The notes: a model not told the origin generated them from the sequence alone. Positions 9,801 through 20,093 are shown, numbered from the stretch's first letter. The stretch: DNA of 64,000 nt from Nemertoderma westbladi (GCA_032718475.1 JAUCBJ010005093.1:25880-89879); one strand, 5' to 3'. Numbers and translations are program-made.

Positions 9801-11062
9801 TTAAAACTTACCTGCTCCGCGTCCATCCTTCTTTCCTTATAGTTTCGGGACTTCTGATGTCTCATGTCATCCTCTTCATCGCTTGATTCAGTGTCAGTCC
9901 TTAGCGCTCGCGATGGTTTGCGCGCTGAGGCCCTGACCCAGGCATCTTGTATAAACTTCTCGGCCGAATTTTCGAAATCGGGATTATGGATAGTCGGGAC
10001 AGGCATCCTTACCTGAGGTCTATGTGGTATAGTTGCCTCCAATATGCGTACTCGTTGACTAGGTTGGACTTTATCTAACTCAGGCCTGCTAGGATTTGAA
10101 TTACTTCTTACCTGGGCTGCTTCCTTTAACCGTAGGTTGCTAAGCATGTCCGTTATAGGTTGGATGTGCGGCGATATAGCTTGCGCTAAACTGGCACTTA
10201 ACTCATCCCTCGTAATAAATTCCTGGCTAGGGTTCTGTTGTATAGTCGGCTCTATCTGAATAATCCGCTGTCTCTCATATGATCCCTCTTCCGGTTTATC
10301 CCGTAAGTTCTCCGTTGAACTGGGTCGGCGCTCCGTCCGCGTATTCCAAACCCGCGGGTTCGGTTCACCAAATACTCGTCCCGTTGGAGTTTCTCTAAAC
10401 TCTTCATTCTCGCGTTCGGTATGTAGTGGTGCGGTGTTCTGATGCCGTGGATTCTGTGCGATAGGTGAAGCACTAATACCAACTGGTGTGCGATTTGTAG
10501 AGAACGGTTTAGCGATCCGTGTACTCGTAATAGCTGGACCGGGTATAGGAATTCTGGTCATCGTCGACTCGCGTATAGTCGGAGTTCTTGCTTCCTGTTC
10601 GGCCTTCTGCAGTGCGAACAGTTCTCGCAACTCAGTACCTACACTCGCCCCACATTCTTCGATCATTCGCATCCCCTTCTCGGCGATTTCATTTGCCTTC
10701 CTGGTCCGTTCTTCGCTCTCTAAGTTTAATCTCGCACTTTCCAACTGCGCCAGTTTACGTTCTTCTTCTTCCTTCGCTCGTCTTGCTGCGCTCTCTTCTT
10801 CCACTCGCGCCTTCTCTTCATACAACGCTTGTCGCTCTTTTTTGATCTCGAGTTTGCGTTCTTTGCGTTCGCGTTCCTTGCGTTCGCGTTCAAGTTCGAG
10901 TTCGCATTCCTTCTGTTCACGTTCAAGTTGGAGTTCGCGTTCCTTGCGTTCGCATTCAAGTTGGAGTTCGCGTTCCTTGCGTTCGTGTTCAAGTTGGAGT
11001 TCACGTTCCTTGCGTTCGCGTTCCGCTTGCTCACGCTTACTTATTTCTTCCAACTCTCGCAA
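3842..11062 (-). CDS. BEL/Pao Gag-Pol polyprotein (main open segment, 2406 aa)
   Basis: Gag with three Cys/His knuckles (CQFC..H..C, CWACLAPGHVRRQC, CMECGRLHHKLLH), protease LDTAS, RT FYMDD, RNase H FSDAS..ELQAA..WTDA..NPAD, integrase H..H/CLVC, GVDCFGP, SDKGTNF, WERLV. Confidence 0.96.
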   Translation of the reverse strand: MRELEEISKREQAERERKERELQLEHERKERELQLECERKERELQLEREQKECELELERERKERERKERKLEIKKERQALYEEKARVEEESAARRAKEEEERKLAQLESARLNLESEERTRKANEIAEKGMRMIEECGASVGTELRELFALQKAEQEARTPTIRESTMTRIPIPGPAITSTRIAKPFSTNRTPVGISASPIAQNPRHQNTAPLHTERENEEFRETPTGRVFGEPNPRVWNTRTERRPSSTENLRDKPEEGSYERQRIIQIEPTIQQNPSQEFITRDELSASLAQAISPHIQPITDMLSNLRLKEAAQVRSNSNPSRPELDKVQPSQRVRILEATIPHRPQVRMPVPTIHNPDFENSAEKFIQDAWVRASARKPSRALRTDTESSDEEDDMRHQKSRNYKERRMDAEQVSFNPRERTRLNNPAELNHLLTRNDATLRDIGKFAARQGLPTQQPQKFMGNHKHWRTFKTYVDEQLTNSTFTPNEKFNYLLQMLHREPRVIADNFVGNERAFELAMKTLSDIYGNKTKMAQSIVEDLGKGGRITTPLELLNLANAISNALDILMMVNLPYLGDHAEVLKSVIRRLNMRYSQKWRKLENKLEGQSKVLTLQHIHDMIATDAVAEMKSNFSEENMWESKPVTGKSMVSFDDDRTTVTFNSVDRYNSSTPAFRSDSRVWSGERLDRPRLKQQELPDGFVGCQFCLLKEVRSDDHKLDSCRRFKELNSEQRRFQVRTLDTCWACLAPGHVRRQCPNSKDGCMECGRLHHKLLHADFHTPTDRYLQRNPQRKESEEPVSIRRNTYTGIQDDGYQPGSSDEDGESSAREVTCQGFTADSSSTSARTYLSSATSEIFSVIPVKLTGDKGSKRIYVMLDTASTLSYIDEEVARAVSSFQDAEEIQIELKSMHGVRDLKGHRISVELDSLLPRDQHTRQERKALPLDGFKCLAMKGFGRQLGKVPPMSPIAQEYFDKLRVPRHQVGYRNVSMLIGAEQLIAHQIWETRPAEPHVNGPHAHRTILGWYTRVPMSYEFTGGDKPMDRYDGLQPITQPPLVEPPDIDEFRRTCIDHYSDVSESDEELIPDNVRLSEPLHNDRTDSEPEDYCYQTRGSGSAAHATYLSNVLTYTDIVEGQVAKYRDLDIFQYSEEELQKELIRQDLETGARTVEWLDRDAMEPGGYDLAMSTDEKRSLEMMEDTIRLLPTGHFEVGMLWRRQPPKLENNYSLALKRLNGVRARLLKNPDIREKYCAQINNYFAKGFAGKVEDPDLVTDQTYYLPHHYVTHPDKPDKVRVVNDCAAVYRGMSLNSELMDGPNLNNYLIGILLRFRQRRFAFTCDIEAMFHQVRACKADQDSLRFLWFENEDLSGPVVTYQMYVRIFGARDSPNGTLFVLKKTATAQIGKYPVEVIESILRNFYMDDGLVSKDTAEQAIEVAHGLQECLATGGFPLTKFTTNSEALLESFPVKDRGSGDIELGVEPIPMARVLGLAWNPNTDKFQVRVRFEPSSPDKVLTKRICLSTLSRLFDPMNFISPVILQARACMRKIWLSDLEWDEPISPIHAKQWREWEAELHLLKNIDVPRSYFPNQLVFPADLELHLFSDASDTGFGMVAYLRREVSQDKFETAFVTSRSKTMPVKYMTVPRAELQAAVVSVEVSKQITEELDTTLTLFYWTDASLVLVYIAADNIALKTFVANRRAQIVDFSTKEQWRHCPGVLNPADITSRGAMPAEFCQEESQEFWLHGPDFLTRTQEHWPERLKIVTNPMPEDAEVKVEKVSKSKSKAKLKSLERPEESLERPEEPLERPGDLSDLQTYVTTRSGRVSYDVKPPLQTKPESQLVSDGQKMTDTMEPLVSKPVGLDSKLPLVSGQPSLALEPCSIYDKLLNSSASWLTICKRTAWLSRYISYLCLKHSKHLGEQMSTNSERIQKLKQPLTEDDIDQAELKHLKHYQMCAFPKEFHLLSAQRPVLYKPLRKWSPLIHKGLICHRSRIQTVDINSQFRFPVIIPSHPIELQRAILWDIHKRLHHAGKLHCLSAARQRFILLQPSRAVGTMYDACLVCKRVNARVLEQEMAELPEARVQAYDPPFTNTGVDCFGPIEAKSGRLTHKRWGLLLTCMASRAIHIERVADMSTKSLLLALKRFMARRGLVKVFYSDKGTNFVGGNSELNAAHRAAQNKEISAALLPQRIEWRFNTPESPWRGGSWERLVRSIKQAIAKTLPVNKQLTDDELVTAFIEIEHTLNSRPIAMLPDGVALTPNHLLMQSPAFLVPASEPISADLYSRKSWKVTQFVAYTFWEYWREYYLPTISTRTKWYKTVRSLQRGDYVLITEPIVKRKYWETGVILHIHPDVQNIVRTVTVKIRCKCPHPKKCKTNGLHTLDRPVQDIVLLEETRIETGDYNLSPASNKN
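10850..11030 (-). repeat. 33-bp coding tandem repeat (ERKERELQLEx) in the Gag coiled coil
   Basis: Repeated CGTTCCTTGCGTTCG..TTCAAGTTGGAGTTC units. Confidence 0.85.
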
Positions 11063-12191
11063 CTTCGCGTCTAACTTACATGTTCACTCCCTTTCCCGTT
11101 CGGCTTCCTTTCGTGCTTCCGATGCACGCAAAACTTCCGCCTGCTGTTCATCTAGTCGGCGTCTTCTCTCCTCTGCCGAGTTGTGAGAAACAAGGGATCT
11201 AGCACATATAACCTTGCCTCGCGCTTGACTAACCTGAGAATCGCCACTGTCTCTAGATGCATCGTCGGGTGGAGTCAACGTCCTCTGTTGGATGTTCTCC
11301 GTCGTCGGTAGCACCTGGCCCGGTACCACCACTCCACTCTGCATCAGCCAGCCGGTAACTTCCCGCTGATACCTGCGCTCCTCCTTATCCTGTATTTCTT
11401 CCCGCTCCACTAAATCTCTCGACTCTGCGTCACTCACCTGAGTCGCCTGCGCTTGTGATGCCCATAGCAGCCAGTTCTCCGTCCTAACTCGTCGAAATCG
11501 CTCCGATAACGCGCGGTGCTCCAACAAGGCTGCTAAAACCCTGCCGTAAATCCTCGTTGCCACGTCACTCGACTGAGACTCTACTGCCTTCTTTGCGAGG
11601 ACTGCAAGCTCCTCCGTTTGTTTGAGTAACGCTGAGTTGTATCCCTTTCTAATCTCTACTAACCCTTCCCTTCCGATGTTTGCTGAGTCGGCTAACATCT
11701 TCCTTACCTTTTCCGCCATCCGTGTCATATGTCCAGCATGCGCGCGAAGTTTCTTCTTTATCGCGATGTCAAGTTCTCTTTCGCTTACCTGACTCACACT
11801 TGGTGGACTTGGATTATGGTGGATTATTTCGGGAACTACGGGTACTCCTTATAGCCGCTGGGACCACGGCACTTACCATACCCACAGGTCTGGAAACCGG
11901 GCTCCGGGCTCTCGCTTCTGCTACACTACCCTCCCTATCACTCATCTCTGGTCGGGTTGCTGTACAATCCTTCCTTACAGTAGCGGTAGGGGATCCTAAT
12001 ACTATTACCTGAGGTTGTTGTTCTTCCTCACTAGTTACTGTCTCGTCCTCCTGTTCACTTACATCAGCGTCACTCGCTGTGTCGTCATAGTCGGCATTGT
12101 CGTCAACAGTAATATTAACGCTATCGTCAGTCGGCGGTCCTGCCGCCATCTCATAGCTGTCCTCTAGTGCCTCCTTCTCTGAGACACTCAT
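11063..12191 (-). pseudogene. N-terminal part of the same gag-pol, split by one frameshift (~11812-11826) and one in-frame TGA (11084-11086)
   Basis: ORF 11084..11797 is in frame with 3842..11062 across a single TGA (ERERE*TCKLDAKLRE). ORF 11814..12191 joins it if a 10-nt duplicated segment (AATCCACCAT) is removed. Confidence 0.8.
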
Positions 12192-13611
12192 AGTCTAAAT
12201 AATATTTGCCTTCCGGCAAAATCTCGCAAATATTCGAGATGTATATATATATAATTTAATCGAAAATACGATTAAATTATTGTCAAATAATCAATTTGTC
12301 CAAAATATCAAAATAAATTCGCAATGCAATATTGTGAATTTAATAGGATCTAATTTTAGCAAATACCAGTACAATATTTAAACAAAATATTATTCTATAG
12401 CTATTATATAGTATTTAAATACCGGTATGACACAAATAATTTTTTGAATCTAATACAAAATATTCAAAATAAACTTGCCACCCAAATATTTCTAATTTTA
12501 CATATATAGCTCTAATTAACGCAATTTTAATTTCAAATATTATATGTATCCACTAGCGCGAGGCTACATCTTCGGGTTACGACTCTCTCTCTCTCTCTCT
12601 CTCTCTAACTCGAGCGATTCAAAAACCCATGGTCGGCTAAACCTAACTATCCTAACTAATAAATTGAGTTCAGCTTCGCAGTTAAACAACCGATAATTTT
12701 TTACTGCTTCCACAAACACAATGGTGCCAACAGAACAACTAACCTTGTTTGCTGTGAGATTCCACGTCCGCGTCCAAAGTTTCAGTCTTTTCGCTGATTG
12801 CAAACCGAACCCGCAGACCCACACGAACCCCAAACTCAGAAGCTCCGTCTTGCCATGCATCTCCAGATGGTATAAAATAACTAAGCGGTTATCTAACATA
12901 CCGGTACAAAACTCTAGATTTTATTACAAAGTTAATTTTGACCGAAACTGAATTCTCACAAACCTAGCTAAAATTTTTCAAAAACTAACTTACAGCTTGC
13001 CCTAACGGCCTAATGAACTGCTGTATTTGCGATTAGTAAACGCACTACCGTACATCCACTGTACGCAATACAGTAAGTAAAACAGTACACCAACCTAACA
13101 GCCTAATGAATACTGTGTGCGGTACAGCAAAACAAATGTATTTTCTACTGTACGCAGTAACAGTAATCACTGAATCAGCCTAATGTACTACTGTACTATT
13201 GTACGTGACCAGTGAATACAGTAATCTAAACTATCAGCCTAATGATACACTCTATACTGTTACAAGCAACAGCGAATCACGAGCCTTCACGGTACGCTGT
13301 ACAGTGATCCTACCTAACAGCCTAAAGAATATACTCGTCACTGTACGCAGTAGGCCTACAGCAGACAATATATGTGCTTTACTGTTAAACAAACTACCCC
13401 GGCCTAACCAATAAAGACACAAAACTGCTCTATTTATTAGACAGGGCAATCAGGAGCGTATTATTGCCAATGTAAGGACTGCTAAATACAAAACCGCTAC
13501 TCACCGTTAGATGGCGCTAACCTGCCGTCCGCTAATATATTTTACTAATTTTCTACGGCTCCTGCTAATTTCTTGTTCCTTTCTCTACCGATTACTCGAT
13601 AGAGAGCTAAC

Positions 13612-14453
13612 TGTTCGAATATATGAGCCACACGGGAATAACCAAAACATAACCCGAATCGGCTCCCTAAGCTGACTTAAAACGAGTGTGAGAGACTTTA
13701 CACTCAGAGTATATTCTTACGGCCTAATCTAGCTGCTAAAACACGTTAACAATTACGTCCTTTCTAATCTAATCTAATCGCATCTAATCGCATCTAATCG
13801 CATCTAATCGCATCTAATCGCATCTAATCGCATCTAATCGCAAAGACTGGGGTTCCCTAACAGAATGTGTGAATGTGAGAATATTTAAATAATCAAAAAT
13901 CGGTACAGTATTTATTTTGGGACTCAAACTTACCTGCGGCTGGCTTTAGACCAGCAATTTATTGATGCGCGCTATATACTGTATACTACGATGTGAATTA
14001 TTGTCCGCTAATTCAAATAACCGCCCAGCGTGAATAGTGTACGGTACTCTAAATTATTACCTTAACTACACTCCGCTATGCTGCGTACAAATTCTTTATT
14101 TTACTAAATAATTACAGTCACAAATATGTAACGGCGTACTAATTACTAAGTATTCCAGAGTGCGTAATTCTAATTTATTACGCAACGGGTCACACTAGCA
14201 ACAGCCTAAAATACCGTATTATTTTCGACCTAATCAGTAATTAATTACAGTAAACTAAGAAATAGAAATCAATCAAAGGGAAAAGAGCGCCTATCCAAGC
14301 ATTCGTGATTTTTTAGGCACACTTTAGTAACACACCAATCAGCGTAACAATCTATAGTTTATACTTACCAATTTTAGTTCTTAACGCACAATTCACAATC
14401 AACAGTCAGATAGCAATTCGCAACGTAAAGCACGCAGGTCTCTCCCGGCTACA
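13612..14453 (-). repeat. Putative 5' LTR of element A (~840 bp)
   Basis: TG...CA ends on the minus strand, and the same CGAACA terminus as the LTRs of elements B and C. Contains TATATA (~13975), AATAAA (~13912, ~13960) and a CAG|GTAAGT donor (~13930). The partner LTR is not in the window. Confidence 0.6.
13764..13842. repeat. (CTAATCGCAT)n tandem repeat inside LTR A
   Basis: About 7 copies of a 10-mer preceded by CTAAT units. Confidence 0.92.
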
Positions 14454-14469
14454 TCTAGGCTTCCTAACT

Positions 14470-14842
14470 AACCCAATTAAAAACAAAAAGAGACTATGGG
14501 TTAATAGTAAATACCGATAAAGCGCATCTACCAGGTGTTCATTGGGTGGCTATATATATACGAGATAATGAAGCTGAATTATTTAATTCGTTTGGTCCAA
14601 AATATCCAAACAGATGTATCGAAAAATGGCTTGAGAAAAATTCAACAAAGTGGTGTACTACTCGCAGGCAATTTCAAGACCCTAGAAGGATCACATGCGG
14701 GTTATACTGTCTTTATTACTTGGTAAATCGAATTCACACAAATTATCCAATGAGAGCGTTTTCAAATAATGTGGAAATAAATGAAATAATATTATATAAA
14801 TGGCTTGTTAATTATTATAAAATAAACCAACAAGCGTTGTAA
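14470..14842 (+). pseudogene. Polinton/Maverick adenain-like cysteine protease, 5' end interrupted by element A
   Basis: LIVNTDKAHLPGVHWVAIYI..ELFNSFG..QFQDPRRITCGLYCLYYL matches the H-D/N-Q-C adenoviral-type protease pattern of Polintons. Confidence 0.82.
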
Positions 14843-14886
14843 TTAATCATTTAACTTTTGTTTATCTAAATATATTATCAGATAAA

Positions 14887-15487
14887 ATGGATAATATTAT
14901 TTTTGTCGATTTTCAATATTATACGATAGACAATAAGGAATATCCGGTAGTATTTAAAGAATTTGCTATATTCGATTCTAATTACACCAAAACTAATGTA
15001 AAGACGTTTTTAATTAAAGGACCTCCTGATATTAAGTTATCGGCATTAGATAAAGCCCACGTAAACAATTTACGGGACATGATTTCACATTTACCCTGGG
15101 ATTACGGTGACATTTCGCAAGATGACTTTAAAAAGTACATGAAGAGACATTTAAAATATAAAAATATATATATATGTATTCGGGTTGATGAAGCTGGCAA
15201 TATTAATTTCCGAACTTGATGTACTTGCTCCAAAATCGATGGAGAAATTGGGAATATATCAACGGTATTACAACTATTTAACCCCTTGTCCCTTCCACGA
15301 TCAATTTACTACAGTAGAAAATAAATGCGCTTCCCACTTAAACAGAAAGGATAACTGTCTGCGGTACTGCTCCGCAAAACGAGTCGGAGGGTATGAATTG
15401 AAACGATTTTTCGTGAGAAAGCGATTAACTGAGACTGATGATAAACAGAAAGAAATAACTGTGGTGGAAGATGTACTCGTACAGTAG
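14887..15487 (+). pseudogene. Polinton-associated conserved ORF (exonuclease-like N-terminus, Cys/His C-terminus), frameshifted in an (AT)n run
   Basis: IIFVDFQ..FKEFAI..FLIKGPP..HLPWDYG; shift at ~15165-15175 into IYVFGLMKLAIL..CPFH..CASH..YCSAKRV. Lies directly after the protease. Confidence 0.6.
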
Positions 15488-16457
15488 GTTTACTCTAAGC
15501 ATGTAATGTGATGGGATAATATAATTGTTTTAATGTCAATAAAAATAATAAAAACATTAAAATCTGTTTTTTTATATCTCAGTTTGACTGAAGGTGTAGA
15601 GCTTAAGTTTACACTCACAAACACAGCGTACCTACCGGTAGCCGGCTGTTGTATCAGAGTTTAACTACCAGTAGCTGACTTTACACATACAGACATTTAA
15701 CAGCAGAATGGCTCCCCTTCAGCCCTTCTAGACTGACAGCACCCGCAGCGCTTTAGCGTTACTTACTAGTAACAAAATTAAATTAACTCGACATGTGGTT
15801 CGTGAATGCGGTATTAGAGAGGCCCACCTAACAATAGGCCTACTGGTACCGGCACTGTAGCACTCTTGTAACTGTATACTTGGATAGGGCAAGGGCACGC
15901 TGGTTTCTCCGATTTAAGGATTAGGCTATTACACTTGAATGCTTCCAATTTTCTGTTTACAACTTTAATTGGTCTAATCTACATTATTATTATTACTGTG
16001 GGCTACTACTGTCGCATAGGTAAGCCTATACAGCTATAGTTAACTTTATGCGGCCCCCTTTTTCGAATGTAGGCCCAATATGGTTTACGGTTAACCTTTA
16101 GAACTCACGGACAGGCACACCTTCATTCGGTTTGGCATATAGGCCTAATGACTCCTCAACTGAAAGCCGGCCAGCTCATTGATACAATAGGTGTGGCTAG
16201 CAATATATAAAATCCACTGCTCACAAGTTCATTCACTCCATGTTGTAGGCCTATATAAAACATAGTTAGTTTATTTATGTATTCGCTTTTTTTTTTAATT
16301 AGATATAAAATATACAATACAAAAAACCTACTGCTACCGGTAACACATTAACACTGAAACAAACAGACTGACTCATTATATACGAGTCTACTTGCTACTG
16401 GTGTGTTCTTGGATTTGTCGGAAGTAGTAGAGTCGGAAGAGGAGCTACTGATATTTC

Positions 16458-16742
16458 TTATTCTTCTTTCCAGTGCTCACCCCTACTATAGTTATCCAGA
16501 CTTATCTGGTGAGCTTCTCCAGCCTGCACCCGAACGTTTAAACTAAAGTTTTTATTTGTAGACAATGTAGTTTGTCGACCTTCGCCGCTCGTTTTATTTC
16601 TAACCATTATAGTAATCACTCCATTGTCATTTTTCAAATGTAATTCCATTACATTTAACGATGTAAAAAAGAGCTCTTCCCCCTCGAGATCAAATTTTAG
16701 TAAACAGTCGCTATCTCTATTTCCAATAAATGCGAACGACAT
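16458..16742 (-). CDS. Small intronless ORF of unknown function, possibly part of the Polinton-like remnant
   Basis: ATG-started ~94-aa ORF with protein-like composition in AT-rich surroundings; no motif recognised. Confidence 0.25.
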   Translation of the reverse strand: MSFAFIGNRDSDCLLKFDLEGEELFFTSLNVMELHLKNDNGVITIMVRNKTSGEGRQTTLSTNKNFSLNVRVQAGEAHQISLDNYSRGEHWKEE

Positions 16743-18731
16743 GTTGGTTGAGTGATTGAATGTTTGATGGATCACCGCGACTGAAGTTAGGAGGTTAGTT
16801 TTTTTTTTGCAAGTACAAATACAAGTAGGTCTATACCGGTATTTTTTTTTTATTTACGGTAACAAAATTATACTTAAGATAGAAAAATTGAGTTTATATA
16901 TATTTTTGTAGAGGGTCGCAGATGTTTACATTACAAAATTCACATAGTTAACAAAATGCACAACATAAACTTTTCCCATGCGGATTAGCGATATATGCTC
17001 TGTTCATTGTTTTATTATGAATGTAGGGAAATGCATAGCTGATGTTTTAATAATATGTACTGGTATACAGGCTAGTAACAGATAGGAGGGCTTCGACTTT
17101 GACTATGAATACCAGTACACAGCCCTAAACTTTTCTCACCGAGCTTAGCGATGCTCGCTGCACACACACACGCACACACTCACTCTCATAAGTAACAGAT
17201 GCGCAACTGTAGCTCACTCGCGCGATGCTTAGCTAGCTAGCTACTGTCTCTGGGTATACTATGCATACTTGGGTGTTACAAGCAATCGCTCTACCGAACC
17301 CGGGTTGAAATTCTTAGTATATTTCCTAAGTTCTAAACAAGTCTGCTTAGTAAGACTTAGAACGCTCAGCAACGCTGGTGCCAAGGGTGAGTAAAGTACT
17401 TAACAAATTTTCCAATTTCATAAAAATGACATTGCAAGTTTATAATGTTTAGTAAGTTGTTGCTATGTGACTGACAAGTATTACAGGATATATAAACGTG
17501 CTTTATATGTAACCGATGATATATGCAAGTGTAATGAACTAATAACATGCACATTACAAATCTAGCATATATCTGTAACCTACTGTATATATTCCCGGCA
17601 CTAGTTCGAACCTGCGTCACTAATTTTTTTAAGTAATAATTATTTTTGAAAAATAAATATTATGGGAAGAGTGGAAGAGTGGCAAATGAAAGTAAGTGAT
17701 GACCCCCCCCCCCCCCCCCCCCCCCCCCAGACGAGAGAAACAACAAATAGAACATCATAGTGAGTGATGTACTGTATGCTATACACTTGTGTTTGGTTTG
17801 ATATTCTTTGTTGCAACCCCCCCCCCCCCCACAATGACATATGTAAACAAATTAATACAGAGACTCTTAATGTTTTTAATATATTAATATAAACACCAAC
17901 AAACATATTATTACGCTCTACGTCACATAATTATACACATCAGATATAAACTCACAAATACTGTAGGTCTACACTAAAACAGAGTTATGTCGGAAAAATT
18001 TAACCAAAATGTTCAAAAATGGTATTCCTTATTTCTGTTTATACAATAAAACTATTTAATTCAAATTTGTAATCTTATCAAGCACTACAGTAGATTACGA
18101 CTTGAGCACGGAATAAAATAAAAAATCACCCCATCATATAAAGGTACTAATAACATGATCATATATTATAACTATGGATTGCAGCAATTGTATTTTGAAC
18201 ATTAGGGTTAACTTTTCCCAACGAAAATAGTGATTGAATGATCAAATTAATATTAGTTTTTAAAAATAATTAAGTCATGTTCAAAATCATTTATTATTGA
18301 GTTTAGATGCAGGATAACTGCCGGTTCATTGTGGTGGACCAGTTGAATTTTATATACTGTAACATTTTTTTTACCATTTCGTTACTACCGGGTGTCTGTG
18401 AGAAAAGACTGTTTCCTTGGGAAAATGTCTGGAAAAAAAACAGAATAAAAATCAGGGTTTTTTTTAAGTAGGCCTACTTTTTTATCTTCATTTTGTTATT
18501 TTTTTATTGGGAGCTGCCGCCCCCAAACCCCCGTTTAGTACAATGAAACGGGTTTAACAATAATAATATAAAGCAGAAATTACAATTAAAATTAAACACT
18601 GCGAATTTTAAAAGAACCTACAGTAACTATAAATCCAAAAAGACTAGCACATATAGGTCTACATACAGTACAAATAAACAAATAAGAGAAAGCACAACAC
18701 ATTACATAGTTTACAGATTCAGTTTACAGAG

Positions 18732-19226
18732 TCAGACGAGTGGAGTGATCGGCAATCCAGCTCCATCCTCCGCAACCAGACCACGGCGCCACTTGAGAAC
18801 ATGAGAAGCCCCTCGAACTATAGCGAATGCGAACTGCACACGGCGACGAACCCACTCCATGACGGTGCTATAAGGTCTGTCCCAGTTATGGTGTAACCTA
18901 TCAGCGAAGATCCTCAGGAGCTTGTTGGCCTGCGGTGCCAGAATTCCATCGCAAGAGACTACGAAGGGTGCAAAGTCAGCTCTCCTATGTCTCGCTGGTT
19001 CCGCATATAGTGCGGTTTTAACGTCCTCCGCAGATTCTTGAACCCTCATCGGGGGGCGTCCCGCATACGACTCAGAGTCAATGTTTACGACCCTGATATC
19101 TAACAACGTCTGAGTCTGCGGGTTGAATGCCCCTGTAACTACAACATCACACCAAAGTCCTGCTTCTCCACTTAATCCAGGCTGGTCTCTGACTATGGGT
19201 TCCGACAGTGACGTTTCGTGGTCCAA
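18732..19226 (-). mobile_element. CRE-clade non-LTR retrotransposon 3' fragment (restriction-like endonuclease)
   Basis: GLWCDVVVTG..LLDIRVVNIDSESY..AEDVKTALY..FAPFVVSCDG..YSTVMEWVR is the typical CRE RLE/C-terminus. Confidence 0.82.
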
Positions 19227-20093
19227 ATGCTAGAGAGGCCAGATCCCCAACAACATCACGGCGTTCATTATATGTGTTTGGAGTATGAGGCCTTTTTTAA
19301 ATTCCAATTCTTCCAAATTCAATTGTTATTAATCACATTTCACTAACATTTAATTAATTTGAAGTTTAATTGTAGGGCCTATCACAATGTATCAATTAAA
19401 GAGTACAAAATACAATAAACAATTGAATTGGAGTAAACAAACAGCAATAAAACTACAGTACCAGTATAAATTAAAGTAACAAAATGCTATACACTATTTA
19501 TTTAAGTAAGCAAAACTCATTAAACAATTAAACGTAAATAAAGAAAACTCAATAAACGCAACTCTGCAGTAAAGCAGTAGGCCTACTGACCACAAAATGA
19601 CTGTATGAGTCATTTATTGGCGATGAATCATGTGTCTGATTTATAATTGCAATGCGTGTCAAGCACCACTAAAGTACTTATGAAATGTTTGTCAGGTTAT
19701 AAAGTCACTGAAATTATATTCTCGGTATACAAAATTTGTGAAGAATTTGGTAAGTGCATTGCATGATAAGTGCCCACCAAATTATTTCTTAATATCTATA
19801 CTGTACTTGGCAAGTATTTTTTAATTCCTTAACAAATAATGGAAAATGTGGTAATTGTAAAATTTTGGTAAATTTATCATGCCAGTAACTTGCCATTAGG
19901 TAGTACTTTACTAATATGATAAGATTCTCAACCCGGGAAGTTAATTAGTTTGTTAGTTAATTTCCCCAACTAGTTGTTGATTTAAAAAATATTCATAAAT
20001 TTCTTCTCCCTCAATTTAATATATATATATTTTACAGTAAAAAATCTCCACCACCAAACAACAACAATAAATTTCACTCTCTCTAATTATATT

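Larger units (their letters stand above)
1..14453 (-). mobile_element. BEL/Pao LTR retrotransposon A (5' LTR, long leader, gag-pol, extra 3' ORF; 3' LTR beyond left edge)
   Basis: Gag-PR-RT-RH-IN order with BEL-type motifs. The putative LTR starts TGTAGCC at 14453 and ends CGAACA at 13612 (minus). Polinton protease sequence resumes immediately beyond 14453. Confidence 0.88.

Noticed and set aside
10488-11186. Ser/Arg-rich and Phe-rich ORFs
   Set aside because: Antisense or alternate-frame readings of the 33-bp Gag repeat.
13764-13842. CRISPR-like or telomeric array
   Set aside because: Head-to-tail 10-mer with no spacers; internal to an LTR in a eukaryotic context.
17270-17620. tRNA or SINE (GCTCTACC, GGTTCGAAC box-like motifs)
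   Set aside because: The boxes are too far apart and no cloverleaf could be built.
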